Shown here: piece after piece, positions 57,757 through 64,000 of the stretch
How the letters are laid out: each line of letters opens with the position of its first letter
Numbering within the stretch: the first letter of the stretch is position 1
Origin: a virus
Length of the DNA stretch: 64,000 nucleotides
IMG/VR virus record: IMGVR_UViG_3300020204_000008
Direction: 5' to 3' (one strand)
The notes under the pieces: model-generated
What the model was told of the DNA's origin: nothing
What the model saw: only the letters and a program-made list of their open reading frames with translations
Database searches by the model: none
Translations under genes and position numbers: made by a program

Positions 57757-58491
57757 TTATTGTCTAGTAAGATAAAACCAATCGGGAGTATTTTCTCCCT
57801 TCATCATCGTCTTAACGTCCTCCATCTCCTTCTCTGCGGTAGTGACTATGTTTTGATAGTTCACCTTGATTCCTCCAGGTAAGGAATAGTCGAATGTCTG
57901 TAGCATGTGAGCGAGTCTCACCTTTGCATGGGCACGAACGTATCTTTGAAACATCTCGTCCTCGAATAGCTTGTCCTGATCGAGTTTTTTAAATATCTTG
58001 ATTACTGCATTCGTTTTTGGAGTCCGACCTACAACTCCTAAAAGCTTACTGTTCTTGTTATAATCGTATGCAATGGTGTCCAACAACATCGCTTTTGTCA
58101 GGTCCAAGAATGAAAACATCACCGTTCTGTACATGATGCTCTCTCCAATAAAAGGAGTCAAGAATATCTCAGCTCCGATAAATTTCTGTTCGGCGAAGTC
58201 TCGGTCAATCGTTCCAAAGATCGATCCGCCCTTTGCCTCTTTAAAATCAACCACGAACTGAACACAGTCTGGCAATTGGATTTGTCTTAATTTTTTAAAA
58301 GTTGCAGTCTGGAATAACTCTAAGGGCAACAGCAAATATCTGCTCTCGACTGCGTGTCTCCAGTTATCCCAAAAGTATCGAGAATCGTTTTCGATAATAC
58401 GTTTGATCTCCTTTTCAGGAAGACCATATGGTAGGGCTCCTGAGAAGGTGATCTCGTCTATGATGTCAGTAATAAGCTGTTGTTCAGTCAT
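57757..58491 (-). CDS. gp13: neck protein (gp13-like)
   Basis: YDYN.NS..L, ..RY..A..K......L..F...LPGG..VN. Confidence 0.75.
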   Translation of the reverse strand: MTEQQLITDIIDEITFSGALPYGLPEKEIKRIIENDSRYFWDNWRHAVESRYLLLPLELFQTATFKKLRQIQLPDCVQFVVDFKEAKGGSIFGTIDRDFAEQKFIGAEIFLTPFIGESIMYRTVMFSFLDLTKAMLLDTIAYDYNKNSKLLGVVGRTPKTNAVIKIFKKLDQDKLFEDEMFQRYVRAHAKVRLAHMLQTFDYSLPGGIKVNYQNIVTTAEKEMEDVKTMMKGENTPDWFYLTRQ

Positions 58492-58494
58492 GTT

Positions 58495-58938
58495 CTATTG
58501 ATTTTTACCTGTACCGTTTCCTTTTTCATCACTAAATCTAACGCTAGATTTGTCTACGTCTAATTTGAAATCTCGATCTCCCATCATTCTACCCATCGCA
58601 CGTTGATTCTTTTTAGCGATCACGTTATCCTGTTTACCTGCTCTTTCCATAGAGTTCTTCATCACTTGATCCAGTGCTTGTGTCTTCATCTTCTTTTTCC
58701 AATCGCTGTGAAAGATCATGTTCATTGCTCTAGTGATGTCCACCTCTTGCACATGTCCGTCATATCGACTTGGGTTTCTAGCTGCTTTTTCATTGGCTAA
58801 CTCTCTAGCTATAGCCATAATCGAAGTATAGAGTCCACCAAGTGCGCCTTGCACCATGCCTTTAAAATTAGTTAGGTATACAACTTCTTTAGTCGATTCA
58901 TTTATGTATTGATGATATGTTTTTATCTTTCTTTCCAT
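58495..58938 (-). CDS. CTS-motif protein
   Basis: MERKIKTYHQYINES. Confidence 0.7.
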   Translation of the reverse strand: MERKIKTYHQYINESTKEVVYLTNFKGMVQGALGGLYTSIMAIARELANEKAARNPSRYDGHVQEVDITRAMNMIFHSDWKKKMKTQALDQVMKNSMERAGKQDNVIAKKNQRAMGRMMGDRDFKLDVDKSSVRFSDEKGNGTGKNQ

Positions 58939-59240
58939 TATGTAGCAGGTGCAGCAGGAGTTGCTGGTTGTTGTGGCCGGTTTGCAGCTGCGTTTTGAGC
59001 GGCAGCTGCGTTTTTAGCAAGAGTATCGCCTAATACTTTTTTGCGGTCCTCAATAGCCTTCTCCCAAAGGTTTATCTGAGTCTTATGCTGAAGTATCTTT
59101 GCGCTTAGGTCCTTTAGGGTCGGGTCAGTCAGCATCACGTCTTCCTCCTTGATCATTTGCGGATTCGCTCCTGCTTCTACCTCTTTAGCTGCCTTTTCTT
59201 CAGCGTTTTGAAAGCTCTTAAAATTCTTTACGTAAGCCAT
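58938..59240 (-). CDS. CTS-motif protein
   Basis: MAYVKNFKSFQNAEE; late motif at 59259..59267. Confidence 0.7.
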   Translation of the reverse strand: MAYVKNFKSFQNAEEKAAKEVEAGANPQMIKEEDVMLTDPTLKDLSAKILQHKTQINLWEKAIEDRKKVLGDTLAKNAAAAQNAAANRPQQPATPAAPAT

Positions 59241-59258
59241 TTAATTCTCTCTTTTTTA

Positions 59259-59534
59259 TTATTTATTCGTAAACTTCTTGTGAGCCTCCACGAATTCATG
59301 ATATGACATGACTCTAGTCTTTTTGTCCGCTCTAGGATTGGATCCGAATGCGCTGGTGATCCTACTTCCGCTCAAGAACGGAGAATTATTCCAATGGGAT
59401 GGAATGGTCCCAGAAGCGCCCGAATAAAACATCATGGCGTTTGCACGTTTAGTGTCTGGTTCCAATATCCTTTCTGCATGATCTGGTTCCATTGAGATAG
59501 CGCCAAAACCCTCAATCAGTCTTTTTAACTTCAT
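59259..59534 (-). CDS. small protein with CTS-like motifs
   Basis: MKLKRLIE at the N-terminus and VMSYHEFVE at the C-terminus. Confidence 0.65.
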   Translation of the reverse strand: MKLKRLIEGFGAISMEPDHAERILEPDTKRANAMMFYSGASGTIPSHWNNSPFLSGSRITSAFGSNPRADKKTRVMSYHEFVEAHKKFTNK

Positions 59535-59535
59535 C

Positions 59536-59991
59536 TTATTCCTGCGGAAAGTCTAGCTCGGCTGACGGTTGGGATAGCGAAAACTCAGGAGCTTGGGGTT
59601 CCATCTGTTTTGAAAAGTTAAGATCAGTCTCCTGACTTAAAACGTCTTCTTCAGGTGCTTCTCCAGTAGTCTGGCTCATGATGGCTTCTTGGTTTAAGTT
59701 AATAAATTGCTCCAATCCCATACACACTAAAGGGTTGATGCTTTGACAACGATCTATTAATTCTTTAACGGTTAAGTTCATCACATCAGGTTGAGGCAAT
59801 GCCTCCGGTTGGTCCATTGGATTTTCTTTCTTTTCTTTTGGCCCTTCCTCAAAGCTAAAATCTGGCATCATCTCAGCCGGTGATTGTACTGGCGCTAGCG
59901 GAGCCATTTGTGGCATTTCAGCAGCAGGTGCTGGTGCTCCCATAGGCATTTGTTGAATATCATCTGCCTCATAAAGTCTCTTAATTCTCAT
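59536..59991 (-). CDS. Pro/Glu-rich late protein
   Basis: MRIKRLYE; late motif at 60016..60024. Confidence 0.65.
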   Translation of the reverse strand: MRIKRLYEADDIQQMPMGAPAPAAEMPQMAPLAPVQSPAEMMPDFSFEEGPKEKKENPMDQPEALPQPDVMNLTVKELIDRCQSINPLVCMGLEQFINLNQEAIMSQTTGEAPEEDVLSQETDLNFSKQMEPQAPEFSLSQPSAELDFPQE

Positions 59992-60060
59992 TTTCTAAAG
60001 GTTTATTTTATAGTGTTATTTATTCTGAAACCCAACGACCGTTTTAAGATATAATAAATT

Positions 60061-60309
60061 ATGAATGAAAAAGAAATATCTGCGGCTTCTGCTGCACTAA
60101 AGATGGAACTTACTAATTCCATTCTTAATAAATTAGAACAGATCAAGGAAAAGATCAATTGTGGTCAGGGTTCAGACAAGTCTTCTTATTATAAAATGCT
60201 GATCGATATTGATGAAGAACTTGATGATGTTCTACTTAATTGGGAATATTCTCCCATAAATCCTCGACTCTCTTTTCCGGACTCAGATGGTCTAGATGAT
60301 GATTATTGA
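60061..60309 (+). CDS. hypothetical protein
   Basis: 82-aa ORF; AAAC-N18-TATAAT at 60028..60055. Confidence 0.65.
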   Translation: MNEKEISAASAALKMELTNSILNKLEQIKEKINCGQGSDKSSYYKMLIDIDEELDDVLLNWEYSPINPRLSFPDSDGLDDDY

Positions 60310-60767
60310 TTTATATCTACCGTAAACTTGCCGGCCTTAAGAAAGTTTCGTCCGAGGATGCAATCATATTTCATGTTTGACCTATCAGTAAGGGATACCT
60401 TTATCAAGAACTCCTGCTCTCCAAACTTAACTATCGTCTCGATCTGATATCGATCTTGGCTTTCTCCAGTTGAGCTCTTCACCTTTATCTTCTTAAATTC
60501 CTTAAAGTCTAGTCTTTTTTTGGGAGATTTGATCCAAAAATAAAGCGTCCCATCCTTCTCCTCTATTCCATTCGCATGAATTGCAGTATTGTCTGCACCA
60601 GTATCGATTTTAGATTTTATCCTAGTTATTCCCAATTCAGGAAAAGACACTTTTTCAACGTGTGAAACTGATTTAGGATTTGAACCATAAATGGTCCATC
60701 CGTCCGGTCCTTGATTGATCTTAGCCAAGTCTAGGAACTCTCTAAAGCTTTCTACTATTCTTATCAT
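60303..60767 (-). CDS. retropepsin-like aspartic protease (RimK-associated family) with CTS motif
   Basis: KIDTGA, VKSS.G....R, SLTDRS.M.Y..ILGRNFL; N-terminal IVESFREFL. Confidence 0.85.
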   Translation of the reverse strand: MIRIVESFREFLDLAKINQGPDGWTIYGSNPKSVSHVEKVSFPELGITRIKSKIDTGADNTAIHANGIEEKDGTLYFWIKSPKKRLDFKEFKKIKVKSSTGESQDRYQIETIVKFGEQEFLIKVSLTDRSNMKYDCILGRNFLKAGKFTVDINQ

Positions 60768-61370
60768 TTAGTGTGTGGTAGTTAGTGCTCCTCCTAGAGA
60801 AGATGCGTGTACGCTTAGATGATTGGTGTCATCCTGATCAAGCTTCACCTTTTTCTTAGTGTAATCTATTCCAAGTACTCCAATAAACTTGTCGTCAATC
60901 GTCTTTATCGCAAACAGGTATCCTGATTTACAGCCAGATTCCTCAGCTATGTATTTTAATCCGTATGTTGCTATCGTATCGTCTTTATAGTCAGCGATCT
61001 CAATCGTATCTCTCTCTAGAAGCCTGTTCATGGACTTAGTGAATAGGTTTACTGGGATATTTTGAAAATTGCTCTGAATCGAGGTTGTGTTCGGAGACAC
61101 CGTCTCGTATATGACGCTAAACTTGGCGATAGATTTTCCAGTAGGATAAAAATGTCCACCGTTATGAAACTGAGTCACCCAAACTCGATCTGCTTTAAAC
61201 TCTTCCCTGATCTGATCCATTTTAGCCGAAACAAGTTCGCCAGTCTTTAAGGCATCAGTCAACAGGTCAGGTTTCGCTCTCTTATCTAACCAATTCTTGA
61301 TCAGGATAATCAATAATGGTCCAATGACACCAGTGATAAACGCGATAACGATCGGAGTAAAAGAATCCAT
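60768..61370 (-). CDS. single-TM, GAF-like protein; putative T4 gpT-like holin
   Basis: N-terminal TM helix; KADRVW..QFHNG, FS..YE, FIGVLGIDY. Confidence 0.6.
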   Translation of the reverse strand: MDSFTPIVIAFITGVIGPLLIILIKNWLDKRAKPDLLTDALKTGELVSAKMDQIREEFKADRVWVTQFHNGGHFYPTGKSIAKFSVIYETVSPNTTSIQSNFQNIPVNLFTKSMNRLLERDTIEIADYKDDTIATYGLKYIAEESGCKSGYLFAIKTIDDKFIGVLGIDYTKKKVKLDQDDTNHLSVHASSLGGALTTTH

Positions 61371-61393
61371 TTCTTAAGAATTAGTATTTTTTA

Positions 61394-62431
61394 TTACATG
61401 TTACATCCACAAGAGTATCCATACTCGTTTGAGATCGGAACTTCTCCACACATTTGACATTCGTCATCTTCTGGATACATTCCGAACCAGCCGCTCTTTT
61501 CGTCATTCCACTCTTTTTCTGCCTGTCCTTGTGCATAATAGTTATGACCTCTTTCTCGACTCGCGAATGCTGCATCTTTAAATATTACTGATGCAAGCGC
61601 AGTTACCCCTAATGCTGCTGCTATTCCTCCACTGATAAACATTGCAGCCGGTACTATTCCCAATCCTGCAACTGCACCAGTATAATTAATTATCTTATGA
61701 ATGATCTTTCTGGCTTCGAATTCGTTCTTGTCCATTCCAAGTTGTTCATAATCTCTTTCTCTAGGATTAGACCCAAATTCAGCTTCCTCAAGCTCATCCT
61801 TAACCAGTTCACTGAACTCTTCAGGATTGTTTTCTAAATAATCTTTAAGTATTTGCTTTTCTCGATTGCTTAATTCATCGACCGCTTCTTCTGCTTGGGC
61901 AGAAACCTCCTCACCTTCTGATCCTTCTTCTTGAGAAAGATAATCTCCATGGATTCCCATTTCATCATCGGGATTAGATCCATATCCGCTATATGATTCA
62001 TTCACAAATTGACTAAATCCTTTTACTAGAGAAAAACCTTCTTCTACTTTCTTCTTAGGGTTTGCACCGGCTTCTGGATTTCCTTCTTCAACATCATCCT
62101 CTTCGGATTCTTCAGTCTCTTCACCTTCAGTCTCTTCTTCCTCAGGCTCGTTCTCTTCTGTTTCTTCATCTTCCACTGGGGCATTCATACCTTCAGTGTT
62201 TTGTGTTGAAAATGCAGGAGAACCCTCCTCTCCAGGCCCGGCCGGAGTAGCTTCATAGCTTCCAGAAACCGGTCGGTTTGGTCCTATTTGGGGTTGGTCA
62301 TATGTCTCATCATCAAAGCCTTCTTCGAAATTTGAGGCAGCATTCGTTAGGTCATCTACGCTTGATGGTTCGTTGCTTGCGTTAGAATATTTATCAGAAA
62401 ATTCTAAAAAATTTAAAACTCTACCTGGCAT
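61394..62431 (-). CDS. acidic CTS-motif protein with hydrophobic hairpin and C-terminal Cys cluster
   Basis: VLNFLEF and internal VKGFSQFVNES; AVAGLGIVPAAMFISGGIAAALGVTALASVIF; CQMC..CGC; late motif at 62450..62458. Confidence 0.7.
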   Translation of the reverse strand: MPGRVLNFLEFSDKYSNASNEPSSVDDLTNAASNFEEGFDDETYDQPQIGPNRPVSGSYEATPAGPGEEGSPAFSTQNTEGMNAPVEDEETEENEPEEEETEGEETEESEEDDVEEGNPEAGANPKKKVEEGFSLVKGFSQFVNESYSGYGSNPDDEMGIHGDYLSQEEGSEGEEVSAQAEEAVDELSNREKQILKDYLENNPEEFSELVKDELEEAEFGSNPRERDYEQLGMDKNEFEARKIIHKIINYTGAVAGLGIVPAAMFISGGIAAALGVTALASVIFKDAAFASRERGHNYYAQGQAEKEWNDEKSGWFGMYPEDDECQMCGEVPISNEYGYSCGCNM

Positions 62432-62508
62432 TGTGTATAATTATTTTAGTTATTTATCTTAAGCTGCTCTCCAGTTTAGATGAATAGGTTTAAAAAAATA
62501 ATAAGAAT

Positions 62509-62718
62509 ATGTCAATAAAAGTAACTGACGAACACAGAAAACACGAGTTAAGCTTGACTCCAGGAGGGTCTGAAGTAAAGACAGTATTAACGAATGGTAA
62601 AACTTTTATCTATGATAAGATAAAATATGTAAAAGGCTATTGTAGTCGCCTCATCAAGGATCCCAACGTTGTTGAGATCTGGGTAGACGATGAATTGTAT
62701 TGGACAAGTAACAAATAA
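62509..62718 (+). CDS. hypothetical protein
   Basis: 69-aa ORF. Confidence 0.7.
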   Translation: MSIKVTDEHRKHELSLTPGGSEVKTVLTNGKTFIYDKIKYVKGYCSRLIKDPNVVEIWVDDELYWTSNK

Positions 62719-62730
62719 AACACAATAAAT

Positions 62731-63120
62731 ATGACAGATGAAATGGAAAAGCTAATTGATCTCTATTATGAAGATTCAATTGAGTTAATGGACGGAAGAC
62801 TGCTTACGTTTAAGCGTATTCCAAACCATAACTGCACTTACCGTAGAGCAGTAAGGGTTTCACTAGACGATCTTGAGACCGGCACGATAACGGATTTAGG
62901 AATCTATTTTGATGCGCGTTGGGAGTTTACTTCACCAATGAATGAAAGAACTTTCTGGCTACTTGCAAAGTCAAGTCAGCCACAGTTTATGGAGATCTTT
63001 GACCGCATGCGAATGAGGATTCCTGGAAGAGAATTTCATGCGTATCGAATGAGAGCTAAGCAGATATCTGAATACGCTTCATCTAGCATCGATCGTTTAA
63101 CCCAAATCTTTAAAAACTAG
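62731..63120 (+). CDS. hypothetical protein
   Basis: 129-aa ORF. Confidence 0.7.
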   Translation: MTDEMEKLIDLYYEDSIELMDGRLLTFKRIPNHNCTYRRAVRVSLDDLETGTITDLGIYFDARWEFTSPMNERTFWLLAKSSQPQFMEIFDRMRMRIPGREFHAYRMRAKQISEYASSSIDRLTQIFKN

Positions 63121-63123
63121 ATT

Positions 63124-63390
63124 ATGGGAAGATACATTACCGTCTATAAGGAAGTAGGTGTAGAAATAACGTTTGATGACGTGATGGAATACATCACAGA
63201 GTATGCGTCAGATTCTGAATTGCAAGACATTCGAAACGAAGTCAAACCGATAAGCACTGCTGAGTTCAATAACAGTGTTGATGGATCGTATATCATAGAA
63301 GAGAAGAAGATCTTACTGATTAGAGCCGCAAATAAGTACACTCTTGAAGAGCTTGAACAGAGGTTGGGAAACAAGTTTGATTTAGCATAA
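63124..63390 (+). CDS. hypothetical protein
   Basis: 88-aa ORF. Confidence 0.7.
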   Translation: MGRYITVYKEVGVEITFDDVMEYITEYASDSELQDIRNEVKPISTAEFNNSVDGSYIIEEKKILLIRAANKYTLEELEQRLGNKFDLA

Positions 63391-63393
63391 AAT

Positions 63394-63420
63394 AAAAAAG
63401 CCGAGCGTGGCTCGGCTTTT
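63394..63420. terminator. bidirectional intrinsic terminator
   Basis: AAAAGCCGAGC-gtg-GCTCGGCTTTT. Confidence 0.85.
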
Positions 63421-63586
63421 AAATCCTTTATTATCTTTTACTACTTTTTTTAATACTTCTATTTTTATTATTTTTTTTGTTTATTTTTATAAATATTAAC
63501 TAATAATTCTTATTTCATTTTCAGTTTTAATAACCATTTTATTACCACAAGAAAGTATTGATTTTATCACCACTTACAAAATATTT

Positions 63587-64000
63587 CTATACCCAATTTT
63601 TTCCATTCCAATATTCAAAACCAGGTAATAATGACTTATAATTGAAAACGTCATAAAAATCTGTTATGTATAGATAATCAAATTTACCTAAAAATCTCTG
63701 CAAAAGATAGTGATAAGATAATGTGCCGTAAGATTTTTTTGATTTTGTATGATTCATGACTGAAAATAACAACTGGTCTTCAATATACAAAATTCTACCC
63801 CAAAAAATGTCATCAAAATAAAAATCTTCATAGTGTCCTGATTTATACCATTCAATTCCTATTGGTTTTTTAATTTCAGTATTATTAGTGACTTTCGATA
63901 TTTTTAGTTTTTTTAATTCATCGATTCGTCTTGGTGATATTTTTTTTATTTTGAGTCTCGAGGATTTTGTTTGGTACCAACATTCCTCATTGTTATCATA
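63587..64000 (-). CDS. GNAT-fold aminoacyl-tRNA-protein transferase (ATE/Bpt)-like protein, 5'-truncated by the window
   Basis: Frame is open to position 64000 (..WYQTKSSRL..); C-terminal SYGTLS......YLY.......YK..LPGFEYWNG..W. Confidence 0.55.
   Translation of the reverse strand, partial: YDNNEECWYQTKSSRLKIKKISPRRIDELKKLKISKVTNNTEIKKPIGIEWYKSGHYEDFYFDDIFWGRILYIEDQLLFSVMNHTKSKKSYGTLSYHYLLQRFLGKFDYLYITDFYDVFNYKSLLPGFEYWNGKNWV

Noticed and set aside
2200-63374. Many antisense or out-of-frame ORFs in the track (e.g. 2396..2695, 34093..34494, 56538..56942)
   Set aside because: Shadows of well-supported genes, with no motifs or expression signals
1-64000. Stop-codon reassignment (TAG/TGA recoding)
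   Set aside because: Long genes are intact in code 11 and TAA, TAG and TGA all end genes; TGA readthrough alone would not fix the uvsW frame
1-64000. CRISPR arrays, tRNA or rRNA genes
   Set aside because: No spaced direct repeats or cloverleaf/T-loop signatures seen; intergenic gaps are short

Overview
64 kb of a large T4-like (gp23/gp20/gp19-type) myovirus, probably a jumbo phage. The A-rich starts lacking Shine-Dalgarno motifs suggest a Bacteroidota-type host (inference). Plus-strand blocks hold replication, recombination and repair genes: UvsX/RecA, gp41, gp47/46, TS-family enzyme, dCMP deaminase, NEIL1-like glycosylase, DinG, topoisomerase II, UvsY/UvsW, PolB and primase. Blocks mostly on the minus strand hold virion genes: capsid, protease-scaffold, tail tube, baseplate and neck (portal is on the plus strand). 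The most unusual points are: (1) three fractured core genes. uvsX is joined by a split intein. PolB is in three pieces, including a split intein around a free-standing endonuclease. uvsW is cut by an HNH gene, and its downstream piece has a 7-nt stop-containing hairpin gap resembling the T4 mobA/gene 60 ribosomal-bypass cassette. (2) About 15-18 genes carry a T4 internal-protein-like capsid-targeting motif, including an aspartic protease and an OmpA-domain protein. (3) A nested scaffold gene appears to have its own late promoter inside the prohead protease gene. (4) Two promoter classes can be read directly from the sequence. (5) The TS-family enzyme looks dCMP-specific, hinting at modified cytosine. 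All calls come from motif recognition by eye; no searches were run.
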